Origin: a virus | Taxonomy: Duplodnaviria; Caudoviricetes | DNA: 61,798 nt | Strand: one strand, 5' to 3' | Virus record (IMG/VR): IMGVR_UViG_3300049982_000075 | Coordinates: 1 to 61,798 of that record | Notes under the pieces: generated by a model | The model's database searches: none | Seen by the model: only the letters and a program-made list of their open reading frames with translations | Told to the model about the DNA's origin: nothing | In this document: positions 35,917 to 44,994 of the stretch, piece after piece | How positions within the stretch are numbered: position 1 is the first letter of the stretch | How the letters are laid out: each line of letters opens with the position of its first letter | Program-made: the position numbers and the translations under genes

Positions 35917-37845
35917 TCAGTACCCCCACAGCTCTGCGCCGTCGGCGTACGGGTCGGCCTCGTCTTCGGTGTTCAGGAAGAACTTCCGGAGCAGGCGGGC
36001 GCCAACCAGGCAGACCGCCAGGTCGATCTTGTGCCGGCTCTCCCGGTTCTCCTTCATCAGCGACACGCCCCACTTGTTCGTGGGGTTCTCTCGGGCGTTA
36101 CGGAGGTGCTGGATGAGGGCCGGATGGCCGTCGATCTTGAAGACCGGGTCGTACTCTTCGATATCGTTTAAACGCTCGAAGTCCTCGACGGTCTGCATGG
36201 CCATCAGGACGAAGGCCTTCTGATTGGTCGGGCTGGTCATGTCGAAGCTGACGGCGTGACGACCGAGGCCGGACTTGACCGGCCAGGTCTTCGGGTCGAG
36301 GCGGTCCTTGAACTCACGCATCCACTCGTCGATCGTGTCGTCCCAGTAGCTCGAGCCGTCCTCGTCGTCGGTCGCGTGCGATGGGTCCGCCCAGAAGCCA
36401 ACGACGTTGAAGCGCGCGAAGCAGTCCTGGACGCGCGAGGTGATCGCGCCCCGTGGGGCGAGCCAGGTCTTGGCCCGGTCCTTGTTCTGCGGGCGCTGCC
36501 AGACGCCGAGCGTGAAGCAGTAGCCGTCCTCGACCCGGCAGCCGACCAGGGCCGAGGCGTCGTCGGACTTCGAGCCGTCGAAGAACATCACGATCTGGTC
36601 GGCCGGGCTGACGACGTTCCAGCCAGCTTCCAGGCTGTTCACCTCGGCGAGCTTCCGGGCCGCCTTGACCACGGGGTCGACCGCCAGAGAGACGGCCAGC
36701 GGGTCCACCCACGACTCCTCGGCCGCAATGATCTGGTTGAAGTAGAACCGGCGAGAGTCGGCCACGTCGTTGTTCGTGTCCATGATCTCGTCGAGGATGT
36801 TCTCCAGGTCGAGCCAGGTGGAGTCGCCACGCACCGCCGTAATGACGGCGGTCAGGTAGGCCCGGATCTGCTCCTCGGTCGGCTGCTCGTCGTCCTCGTG
36901 GAGCTTCTTCGGCCGAATCTTAGCGTCCGGCGGCGCCTCCAGTGAGTCGTAGAGCACGCGCGAATCCGGCGCCAGGCCGGCCAGGAACTCCTCGTACGAC
37001 TCGCGACGCTTCTGGGCGACGCTGTTCTCGCTCGGCTTATAGGCATTGGTGATCGCCAGGGTGCGCGCCTGGCCGCCCTTGATCTTGGTGACGTTGCGGC
37101 CAATGACCTTGGCCATCTCGTGACCGTCGTTGTTCTCCAGCCAGTGGTGGGTCTCGTTCATGATGACGAACGTCGGACGCCCGCCCTCGAGCGCGCGCGG
37201 GGAGCTGGTGACGCACTCGATCCGGCGCTGTCCGCCGTAGGCGTAGATGATCTCCTTGCCGGGATCCAGGTCGTACTTCTGCTTCCCGTAGTCCTTGTCC
37301 ATCAGGGCCGGGAAGAGCGCGGAGGTGTTCCGGGTCTGGTCCTTCGAGACGGCGGCGATCTGGACCCAGGCAACCGGGTTGTCGACACCGACCGGGTCTC
37401 CAGCCAGCAGGCCGTCCTCCGGCATGTCCTCGATCGCCCAGCCAGCGAACCGGCAGGGCCCGAGCAGCTCGACGTAGGCCAGTACGGCGACCAACGGGTC
37501 CTTGCCGTGGCCCTTCAGGCGCTGGAAGACGCCGGTGCGGAACTTGAATCGACCGGTCAGGTCGATCGCGTACCACCAGAGGATGAACCGGGCCTGCTCC
37601 GGCGTCGGCGTCCAGGGGAGCCGGTTACCGTCGAGGTCGACCTCGGAGCTGAGAAGGTTCTCGTTGACCCACTTCAGGACCTGCCAGCCGAGGGTCAGTT
37701 CGGGCAGGACGTACTCCTGCCCTTCACTCTCGCCATCCCAGTCCGGATTCTTCTTCCAGGTTGGCCCGAGGAGCTTCGGAGTGACATGCCACTTCTGCTC
37801 GGCTTCGAGCCAGTAGGTGCCCGGCTCGTCGAGGGTGGCGGTCAT
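35917..37845 (-). CDS. terL: Terminase large subunit (L5/cluster-A-like)
   Basis: QRLKGHGKDP Walker A, IMNETHHW Walker B, FFDGSKSDD and KIDLAV nuclease motifs. Confidence 0.95.
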   Translation of the reverse strand: MTATLDEPGTYWLEAEQKWHVTPKLLGPTWKKNPDWDGESEGQEYVLPELTLGWQVLKWVNENLLSSEVDLDGNRLPWTPTPEQARFILWWYAIDLTGRFKFRTGVFQRLKGHGKDPLVAVLAYVELLGPCRFAGWAIEDMPEDGLLAGDPVGVDNPVAWVQIAAVSKDQTRNTSALFPALMDKDYGKQKYDLDPGKEIIYAYGGQRRIECVTSSPRALEGGRPTFVIMNETHHWLENNDGHEMAKVIGRNVTKIKGGQARTLAITNAYKPSENSVAQKRRESYEEFLAGLAPDSRVLYDSLEAPPDAKIRPKKLHEDDEQPTEEQIRAYLTAVITAVRGDSTWLDLENILDEIMDTNNDVADSRRFYFNQIIAAEESWVDPLAVSLAVDPVVKAARKLAEVNSLEAGWNVVSPADQIVMFFDGSKSDDASALVGCRVEDGYCFTLGVWQRPQNKDRAKTWLAPRGAITSRVQDCFARFNVVGFWADPSHATDDEDGSSYWDDTIDEWMREFKDRLDPKTWPVKSGLGRHAVSFDMTSPTNQKAFVLMAMQTVEDFERLNDIEEYDPVFKIDGHPALIQHLRNARENPTNKWGVSLMKENRESRHKIDLAVCLVGARLLRKFFLNTEDEADPYADGAELWGY

Positions 37846-37938
37846 CACTTCCTCCGGAACATCAGGTAGACGATCAGTACGACGAACGCCCACTCGGCCG
37901 CCCAGGCGATAACCAGGGCGAGCTCGAGCGGGCTCAAG

Positions 37939-38469
37939 TCAGGCCTTCTTGCCACCCTGGAGCACGGCGAACCGGTCCTGGGTGATCTTCTGCGACCGGC
38001 TCTGAGAGTCAGATCCGTTCTTGACTTGCCCGCGCCGCTTGACCTCGATCTGGAGCCGCCGGCGGTCACCTTCGGTGGCGATCAGGGAGTTGAAGCCCTT
38101 GATCACCGCCTGCAGCTCGGCGCCCGACATCGCGACCTCAGCCTCGACCATGATCGGCTCGCCGTTTCCGTCGATACCGACCTGGATCTTCTTCGGCTTC
38201 ATCGCACGCGAGATCTGCTCGCAGAGGATGTGGGCGAACATCCAGTCCGACGGCTCGTAGATGTGAGCGGTCACCGACTTGGTCAGGCTGTCCCAGGTCG
38301 CCGTAGCGATCGGGTGCCAGTCCTCGTTCGGGGCCGGGACCTCTACTTCATCACTCTGAATCTCGTCGAGGTTCAGAGTGATGGTGTCCACCGGGCGCGC
38401 GTTGCGGCGCCGGGCGTTCGGCTTGGGCGGCGGCCCGGAATGACCGGTCGTCCGCGTCGAGCCAGCCAT
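37939..38469 (-). CDS. terS: Terminase small subunit
   Basis: GPPPKP..RRRN, WHPIA...YEPSDW, TEGDRRRLQIE. Confidence 0.85.
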   Translation of the reverse strand: MAGSTRTTGHSGPPPKPNARRRNARPVDTITLNLDEIQSDEVEVPAPNEDWHPIATATWDSLTKSVTAHIYEPSDWMFAHILCEQISRAMKPKKIQVGIDGNGEPIMVEAEVAMSGAELQAVIKGFNSLIATEGDRRRLQIEVKRRGQVKNGSDSQSRSQKITQDRFAVLQGGKKA

Positions 38470-39284
38470 CAGAAGTCCAGCGCGTCGTCGTCTTCGGCCT
38501 GAGCCTCGACCTCTGCGTCGGACTGCGGCGCAGTCAGCAGCCGCTCATCCTCAGGATGCTTCGCGGCCAGCGCATCACGAGCTTCGATAACGGCCTCGAG
38601 GCTGCCACCGTTACTCTCCCAGTCCGCCAGTGCGGCGTCGTACGCCATCTGTACCTTGGTGCGGCGGGTGCGCTTGGGCTTGCTGTCCTCGGACTCCGGC
38701 TCGGGCTCGGCCGCCGGGGCTTCCTGCTCGGGCTCTGGCTCGGGCTCGACAGTGGGCGTTTCTTCCGACGGCTCTTCGACGGGCTTCTCGATCAGTCCGA
38801 GGAAGTCCTCCAGGGCTTCTGGCGAGTCGATCACATTCGGCTCTTCGGGAGTGCCGTTCTCCTCGACCGGTCCGGATGGCAGGATCTCGGCGATCACTAG
38901 AGTATCGTCGGACTTTGATCCATCGAAGGCCGCTACGGTCGTGTTGCTCTGTGGCTCGTCGTCCTCGTCAGTTAGGTCGACGAACTCCGCACCCATGGCT
39001 TCGGCGGCCTCAGCGAGGTCGTCGCGCGGCATAAGGACGAGAGCGAAGGGCTCGTCGGGGTCAATCTTCTCCACCGCGAGGCCCTTGGAGTGCTTCAGTC
39101 GGGCAAGGATCGCGAAACGGTTACGAGCGCTCGCGAAGCCCGGCAGCTCGACGATCCGGTTCTTGCCGGTCCGAGCGGGGAGCGTCTGTGCGTCGTAGAC
39201 GTGGCGTGCTGTGCGGAGCGGGATGCCTTGCTTCTTCGCCCACTGGGCGGTTTCACGTCGGCTGCCGCTGAGTACGTAGATCAC
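38469..39284 (-). CDS. Acidic hypothetical protein
   Basis: AGGAGG RBS, GTG start, E/P-rich linker, KRTRRTK motif. Confidence 0.65.
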   Translation of the reverse strand: MIYVLSGSRRETAQWAKKQGIPLRTARHVYDAQTLPARTGKNRIVELPGFASARNRFAILARLKHSKGLAVEKIDPDEPFALVLMPRDDLAEAAEAMGAEFVDLTDEDDEPQSNTTVAAFDGSKSDDTLVIAEILPSGPVEENGTPEEPNVIDSPEALEDFLGLIEKPVEEPSEETPTVEPEPEPEQEAPAAEPEPESEDSKPKRTRRTKVQMAYDAALADWESNGGSLEAVIEARDALAAKHPEDERLLTAPQSDAEVEAQAEDDDALDF

Positions 39285-39303
39285 TTGCTCGACCTCCTGG
39301 GGT

Positions 39304-39597
39304 CTATGTCCCGCCACCTCCGGCGGTCTTGGAGCCCAGAATAGCAGACTGGATTGCCGCTCGACGGATCTCGGCCCAGCCCTTGTCGGTCGGCCAGGCG
39401 CATGAGCATGAGACGCCGTAGTCGAGCAGGCCACGATCGGACATCCGCTCGAGCTTGTACATCGCCAACTTGGCCGGGATCCCGTACGACAGGAGTACTT
39501 GCAGAACGCCGACGTCGGAGACGTGCTTCTGCCATCGAGCGGCCGCGATCAGCACGGCCAGCTCGGGGATGTCCTTCGCCTGCATCCGGCCCTTCAT
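39304..39597 (-). CDS. Hypothetical protein (possible winged helix)
   Basis: QAKDIP...RGLLDYGVS...WPTDKG. Confidence 0.6.
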   Translation of the reverse strand: MKGRMQAKDIPELAVLIAAARWQKHVSDVGVLQVLLSYGIPAKLAMYKLERMSDRGLLDYGVSCSCAWPTDKGWAEIRRAAIQSAILGSKTAGGGGT

Positions 39598-39824
39598 GGA
39601 TGCGCCGGTAGTCCGTTGGGCCAGATCTCATCCTGGACTTCGGCCATCGCTCTCGGCGCCACGTCCTTCTTCAGGTCCCAGATCCGGCGTTGGGCCAGGT
39701 CGATGCCTCGGCGGCGTTGAGCGCTGACGCCCTGCGCCCACTTGGCCGAGTAGAGGCGATCCTCTCGACGATACAGCTGACTCAGTTGTTCTCGAGCGTT
39801 CACGACAGTTTCTCCCTCTTCCAT
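39594..39824 (-). CDS. Hypothetical protein
   Basis: coupled ORF after helicase. Confidence 0.55.
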   Translation of the reverse strand: MEEGETVVNAREQLSQLYRREDRLYSAKWAQGVSAQRRRGIDLAQRRIWDLKKDVAPRAMAEVQDEIWPNGLPAHP

Positions 39825-41386
39825 TGGCGCATGTGCGATGTCATCAGGCTGGTGCCGGCCAGGAACTCTTCAGCGCGCGAGTCCGCGATGAAGGCCCGAC
39901 CCTTGTCGGTCTCGGTCCGGATCAAGCGGCCGACGGCCTGAGTCAGGCGCATCAGCATCTGGTCCTTGTACCGAGGATAGAACCGCTTCATCAGCGCCTC
40001 AGTGACCGGGTCCTTTCCGGCGTACGGCAGCTTGAAGGCCACCACGAGACGTAGGGCGTCGCCCGGTACGTCGAACCCGGTCGCGAATGACTCCGAGCCG
40101 AACAGTACGGCGTTCCCGTCGCGTTTAAACGCCTCTGCCAGGTCGGCGTTCGCGACGATCCCATCCTGCTTCAGGACCAGGAGTCCTGCCTGTTTAAACG
40201 CCTGGAAGGTCTCCTCGTACACCGCCTCCAGGTCCTTGAAGCTGGAGAAGAGTAGCAGCGCGCCGCCGCCGGACGCTAGTACCTCGGCCTCCACCTGCTT
40301 CGCCCGCTTCTGGATGTTGGTCCCGAACTTGGCGTACTGGTAGGCGCCGTTGATGTCCGAGATGTCGATCGTCGCCTGTGTAGCGTAGTCGAACGGATGA
40401 CCCACGTCGATCACCTTGACGTCCGGCAGGCCCAGCGAGCTCGGCATGCTCGGCGGGATGGTCGCGCTGACTAGTCCGAATGGGCGGGCGCGCAGAAGCT
40501 CGGCGGCCGCCGAGGACACGTCGATCCAGCTCAGCTTCAGCGCGTCGCCGTCGCACCAGATCAGGGCGTTGTCGCTCGGCTTGTCCAGGCGCGACTTGAT
40601 CTTGGTCAGTGACTCCTGCATCTGCTTGGTGCGGCGCGAGGGGGACACCTCCTCCTCCATCGATTCGAGGATCGCACCGATCAGGCCGGGCAGCTGCTTC
40701 TGGTCCTGGACGGTCTGGGCGTTGTTCTTGAAGCGGCCGATCCACTCGGCGAGGCGACGGCCGTCCGGGGAGTATCGAGCGATCCACTCACCGCGCAGAC
40801 TCCGGTCGGCCCAGTCGCGCAGCTTCGGCTCGAACTGGTGGGACTCGTCGATGAGCAGCGGGCCGTCCGGGTCGAAGAACTCGCCAGGCAGAAGACGGTC
40901 GTTCACGATCAGCAGGTCGGAGTTGGTCACGACGATGTCGGCCTCGCGCGCGGCGCGCTTGGCCGCCCGGTAGTCGCACCGGTACTGCTCCCGGTCGTAG
41001 TTCACCTCCGTGCAGTCGCCATCGCGGCCGAGGCAACCTTCATCCTCAGCACCCATCTCGGCCGACTTGAAGCAGTAGTACCACCGCTTCCCGCGCAGTT
41101 CGCGGACGTCGAGCTTGAAGCACTCGGCGGTCGCTGGCACGTCCTTGGCCATGTACTGGTCCATCAGCACGCGAGTCGGCGTCACGACCAGGACCTGGTG
41201 GTCGTACTTCTTCCGCAGGTGTGCGGCGGCGGCCAGGATGGCGATAGACTTGCCTACGCCCGTACCCGCCTGAGCGATGACGCCGTCGTGGTCCATGGTG
41301 ATCAGGTGCTCATACAGCCGGGTCTGCGGGTCTCGAGAGGAGTACCCGATGTGGTCGAGTAGCATGGTGAGTTCAGTCTTTTCCAT
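39800..41386 (-). CDS. DinG/XPD-family SF2 helicase
   Basis: QAGTGVGKS, Cys residues compatible with an Fe-S site, DESH, SAT, GFDVPGDAL, QAVGRLIRTETD. Confidence 0.92.
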   Translation of the reverse strand: MEKTELTMLLDHIGYSSRDPQTRLYEHLITMDHDGVIAQAGTGVGKSIAILAAAAHLRKKYDHQVLVVTPTRVLMDQYMAKDVPATAECFKLDVRELRGKRWYYCFKSAEMGAEDEGCLGRDGDCTEVNYDREQYRCDYRAAKRAAREADIVVTNSDLLIVNDRLLPGEFFDPDGPLLIDESHQFEPKLRDWADRSLRGEWIARYSPDGRRLAEWIGRFKNNAQTVQDQKQLPGLIGAILESMEEEVSPSRRTKQMQESLTKIKSRLDKPSDNALIWCDGDALKLSWIDVSSAAAELLRARPFGLVSATIPPSMPSSLGLPDVKVIDVGHPFDYATQATIDISDINGAYQYAKFGTNIQKRAKQVEAEVLASGGGALLLFSSFKDLEAVYEETFQAFKQAGLLVLKQDGIVANADLAEAFKRDGNAVLFGSESFATGFDVPGDALRLVVAFKLPYAGKDPVTEALMKRFYPRYKDQMLMRLTQAVGRLIRTETDKGRAFIADSRAEEFLAGTSLMTSHMRQWKREKLS

Positions 41387-41393
41387 GGGTACA

Positions 41394-41457
41394 AAGCTAC
41401 TTCGCGCAAATTCCTATGTCAAGCGGGTGGACATCCGGATAGACAATTCTGTAGAGT
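41394..41457. promoter_or_regulatory. Back-to-back SigA-like promoters, both apparently leaderless
   Basis: minus: TTGACA-N17-TAGCTT then 7 nt to ATG 41386; plus: TGGACA-N18-TAGAGT then 7 nt to ATG 41465. Confidence 0.75.
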
Positions 41458-41464
41458 CTTCCCC

Positions 41465-41677
41465 ATGACAGCTACCAGAACCGTTGACCTCGACAACCTG
41501 CTCGGCCTCGCCGAGATCGCGAGCGAGTTCGACGTCCCGTATTCGACCGCCCTCTCCTGGACCCGATCGCGTGGCTTCCCCGCGCCGGTGAAGGTCTTCA
41601 AGATGGGCTGCGCCTGGCTCAGGTCAGACATCACCGAGTGGCTCAAGACGCCCAACACCCGTAGGAGGGTCCGTTGA
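41465..41677 (+). CDS. AlpA/excisionase-like HTH DNA-binding protein
   Basis: LLGLAEIA...FPAPV...WLRSDITEW. Confidence 0.8.
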   Translation: MTATRTVDLDNLLGLAEIASEFDVPYSTALSWTRSRGFPAPVKVFKMGCAWLRSDITEWLKTPNTRRRVR

Positions 41678-44196
41678 CTGAGATCTACGCAGCGCACGCA
41701 CACGAGTACCGCAAGAAGGGCTACTCGCCGCTGCCGCTGCCCGCAGGCCAGAAGGCCTCGCCGCCCGATGGATGGACTGGGATCGGTGCGCCGATGGCGT
41801 CCGGCCCGGACGTACAGGCTTGGACCGAGACCAACGCCGACGGGAACATCGCGCTCCGCCTGCCCGACGGCGTGATCGGGATCGACATCGACGACTACGG
41901 CACCAAGCCGGGCTGGGCCACCTTCATGGCCGCGTACAAGGCGATCGGTGTGAAGCCGCCCAGCGCTGGGAAGCTCACTTCTCGGGGGACCGAGACGCGC
42001 GCCGGGATCCGCCTGTTCCGCGTGCCGGCGGGGACGAAGCTGGCGGGCAACTTCGCCTCGGCCGGATTCGGGCCGGACGTCGACATCATCCAGAACCATC
42101 ACCGGTACTGCGTCGGGCCCGCGTCTGTGCACCCCGAGGGTGGCACTTACACCTGGTACGAACTGGACGGCTCGGTCGGCGAGCTTCCGGCGGTCGCTGA
42201 ACTGCCCGAGCTCCCGCAGGCGTGGATCGACGCGCTGCAGCCCAAGGCGCGCGAGGACCGGGCTGACATCCCCCACGACGCGTACGACGAGATGGCCAGC
42301 GAGCTCAAGGTCCGCATCGACGGCTACACCGACCGTGCGGTCGACGGAATCCTGGCCGAGCTGACCGAGATGAAGAGCTGGCCGGAGGACTACCGGCACC
42401 CGATCCACGGCTACGGTTGGGAAGAGGGCGTGCTCGCGCTCACCGCCTCGCTGGCGAGCCTGGTCAAGGCCGACTGGAACTCGCTCGACGTCGCCGACGT
42501 ACTGAGCCCGCTCGAGGATGCCCTGCCGACCGGTGGAAAGTTCACTCTCGGTAACGGGATGTCCAAGTTCGCTCGCGGGATCCAAAACGAGCGGGTCGAG
42601 GCCCGGGTCTTCCCGGACGACTTCGACGACTCCTGGTTCGACCGGGCCCTGGAGAAGGCGACTCTGGTGGATTTTCGCCAGGCCGACGGCGGCGAGGCTG
42701 AGCCGTCGGCGCAGGAGCAGGTCGAGATCGAGCTGAACGCGGACGACTGGCCGCGCGAGGCATGGAACGAAGAGGGCCACGTCGAGCGGACCAAGCGCTG
42801 GGCGGTCGGGTCACTGCGGTGGCTGACCAACCAGCACATCTGGGTCCGGTACAACGGCGTGCACTGGGAGCGCGACCCCCGCGCGGGTGCGAAGGCGGCC
42901 CGGCAGGCACTCAAGGTCGCTCGCTGGACCGAGCAGGAGAACTACGACGACACCCCCAAGGTGGACGAGAAGACCGGCCAGGCGAAGCCCGAGAGCTCGG
43001 AGCGGGCGAAGTTCGTCAAGCGTCTGTCCGACGACTCCACTGACCGGATGTTCAACTCGGTGGCGCGCGTTCTGAGCACCGAGCCGGACGTCGAGGCGGA
43101 CTCCTCGGACTTCGACCAGGACGAGTATCTGCTCGGTGTGGCCAACGGGACCGTCGACCTGCGCACCGGTGAGCTCATTCCAGGGACTCCGGAGCAGATG
43201 ATCTCCATGGCGTGCCCGGTCGAGTACGATCCGGCCGCCACGGCGCCGCGATTCCAGGAATACCTGGAGGAGTCGATCCCGAGTAAGGACGTGCGGCTCT
43301 ACCTGCAGCGCGTCGTCGGCTATTCCATCAGCGGATCGACGCTCGAGCAGGCGATGTTCATGCACTACGGCGAGACGACGAACAACGGAAAGTCCGTGCT
43401 GATGTACCTCATCGAGCAAATGCTCGGCGAATACAGCGGCGTCGCCGACCCGAAGGCGCTCATCGAGTCCCGAAATGACCAGCACACGACGCACATTGCC
43501 GGCCTGGACGGTCCTCGCGTGCTGATGATGTCGGAAACGGCTCGCGGAGCGCGCCTGAGCGACGTTCTGGTGAAGCAAATCACCGGCGGTGACCGAATTA
43601 CGGCCCGAAAGATCGCTCAGGACGGCGAGAAGTACCGAATTGTCGGCAAAATCCACATGGCGACGAACCATTTGCCGCACATCGTGGCGTCGAAGTCGAC
43701 GAACCGCCGAATTCACGTCGTTCCGTGGCCGGTCGAGATCGACAACGACAAGATCGACCTCGAGCTGCGCGAGAAGCTGGCTGCGACCGAGCTGCCGGGG
43801 ATCCTGACCTGGGCTGTCGAGGGCGCCAAGGCCTGGTACGCCCAGATGAAGGACTCCCAGACGCTCAAGGACGGCGAGCGCCCATCCGGCCTGGGGATGC
43901 CCGTCGAGGTCCGCCAGGCGACCGACAAGTACCTCGGCGACGAGGATCAGATCGGTCAGTGGATGGACGAGCGGACTCAGGCGTCCGAGGCTCTGGAGAC
44001 GGCCTCCAACCTCTACCGCGACTACAAGTGGTGGACCGAGTCCCGAGGCGAGCGCCCGATGACGCAGACAGCCTTCTCGCTCGACCTCAAGAAGCACGGC
44101 GTCGAACCGAAGAGGACGAGCTCGGCGAACGGGTTCGTCCTCGCTCTACGGCCCCTGCAGCAGAATCCGGCTAGCTCGAACGGATTCTTCAGCTGA
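41674..44196 (+). CDS. Bifunctional primase-polymerase / D5-like SF3 helicase
   Basis: PLP..K.P, GNIALRLPDGVIGIDID, VGPASVHP prim-pol motifs; YGETTNNGKS, KQITGGD, ATNHLP helicase motifs. Confidence 0.92.
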   Translation: MTEIYAAHAHEYRKKGYSPLPLPAGQKASPPDGWTGIGAPMASGPDVQAWTETNADGNIALRLPDGVIGIDIDDYGTKPGWATFMAAYKAIGVKPPSAGKLTSRGTETRAGIRLFRVPAGTKLAGNFASAGFGPDVDIIQNHHRYCVGPASVHPEGGTYTWYELDGSVGELPAVAELPELPQAWIDALQPKAREDRADIPHDAYDEMASELKVRIDGYTDRAVDGILAELTEMKSWPEDYRHPIHGYGWEEGVLALTASLASLVKADWNSLDVADVLSPLEDALPTGGKFTLGNGMSKFARGIQNERVEARVFPDDFDDSWFDRALEKATLVDFRQADGGEAEPSAQEQVEIELNADDWPREAWNEEGHVERTKRWAVGSLRWLTNQHIWVRYNGVHWERDPRAGAKAARQALKVARWTEQENYDDTPKVDEKTGQAKPESSERAKFVKRLSDDSTDRMFNSVARVLSTEPDVEADSSDFDQDEYLLGVANGTVDLRTGELIPGTPEQMISMACPVEYDPAATAPRFQEYLEESIPSKDVRLYLQRVVGYSISGSTLEQAMFMHYGETTNNGKSVLMYLIEQMLGEYSGVADPKALIESRNDQHTTHIAGLDGPRVLMMSETARGARLSDVLVKQITGGDRITARKIAQDGEKYRIVGKIHMATNHLPHIVASKSTNRRIHVVPWPVEIDNDKIDLELREKLAATELPGILTWAVEGAKAWYAQMKDSQTLKDGERPSGLGMPVEVRQATDKYLGDEDQIGQWMDERTQASEALETASNLYRDYKWWTESRGERPMTQTAFSLDLKKHGVEPKRTSSANGFVLALRPLQQNPASSNGFFS

Positions 44197-44210
44197 CCAC
44201 CGTACGCTTA

Positions 44211-44248
44211 GCGGCCCTCACTCTTCGGAGCGGGGGCCGCTTCCGTTT
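44211..44248 (+). terminator. Intrinsic terminator
   Basis: GCGGCCCTC...TTCG...GGGGGCCGC then TTCCGTTT. Confidence 0.75.
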
Positions 44249-44276
44249 GTTGATCACTGCGACGCCGGCCAGTCCC

Positions 44277-44576
44277 GTGGAGGGTTGTGGAGGCATGAGT
44301 GGGGGGTTTTTGGGCATCCCTCCATCGAGAACCTGCAGGTCAGAGCCTACATCTGGCGAAGCGTGGAGGGTATGGAGGTTTCTTGATGCGAATCTCCCCT
44401 ATAGGGCTTTTCTATGGAGGGGCCTCTCTCTTCTATCTCTCTCATGTGTATATGTGTAAAAACCCTCCATACCCTCCACTAGCTAGAACCAGTAGTGCTC
44501 TGACCTGGGGATTCGTTGTTTAAACGGCATGGAGGGTTGGCTTCCAGACTCTCCACAACCCTCCACAACCCTCCAC
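44277..44576. repeat. Putative replication origin: mirror-symmetric TGGAGG iterons around an AT-richer core
   Basis: about 12 TGGAGG/CCTCCA copies; CAGGTCAGAGC/GCTCTGACCTG pair; symmetry axis near 44421. Confidence 0.75.
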
Positions 44577-44640
44577 TGCGCTCGAGGCCGGCCGATGTAA
44601 GGGGTGTCGGACGTTTAACCCGTACAGATTCTGAGCTGCT

Positions 44641-44650
44641 ATGCAGACCG
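44641..44650 (-). other. Putative cos site (3' overhang, about CGGTCTGCAT)
   Basis: minus strand reads CCCCGGGGGAGGGGTCCCC...CGGTCTGCAT-AGCAGCTCAGAATCTGTACGGGTT, resembling recalled L5/cluster A genome-end context. Confidence 0.55.
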
Positions 44651-44696
44651 GTCGGGCCTGCGCGAGGGTAAGGGGACCCCTCCCCCGGGGTCAAGA

Positions 44697-44786
44697 CACA
44701 GCAGTGCCATGACACCGATGTGCCACGAGCGTGGAGGCCGGCCTGAGGGCATATGGCACAACAGTGCCATGACATGAGGTGGCACT
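44697..44786. repeat. 18-bp direct repeats and GTGCCA boxes beside the putative cos
   Basis: CACAGCAGTGCCATGACA (44697) and CACAACAGTGCCATGACA (44757), 60 bp apart, plus three more GTGCCA/TGGCAC. Confidence 0.7.
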
Positions 44787-44959
44787 GATGGGTCAGGTTT
44801 GGCGTAGACAAGGTGAGCTGAGTAGGGCAGAGTTGTCCTCATCAGCACAACAGCAGGGAACGCAGGGCCACAGGACACCGCACCGCTCGCACCCCATACG
44901 GGGAGGGGTAGGACCGCAAAGGCCCTCAAGCCCGCAAGAAACGGTACCCAGCTAGGGTG

Positions 44960-44990
44960 TTGACAGAAGGACCGGGGTAAGGCAAGATCT
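44960..44990 (+). promoter_or_regulatory. Probable strong early promoter (P-left equivalent)
   Basis: TTGACA-N17-CAAGAT upstream of the early arm. Confidence 0.65.
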
Positions 44991-44994
44991 TCCC

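Noticed and set aside
41465-41677. Excisionase implying a temperate lifestyle
   Set aside because: No tyrosine or serine integrase, parAB or immunity repressor was recognised; the context is a replication module
44277-44790. CRISPR or mini-CRISPR array
   Set aside because: Repeats are 6-18 bp, in both orientations, without regular unique spacers; no cas operon
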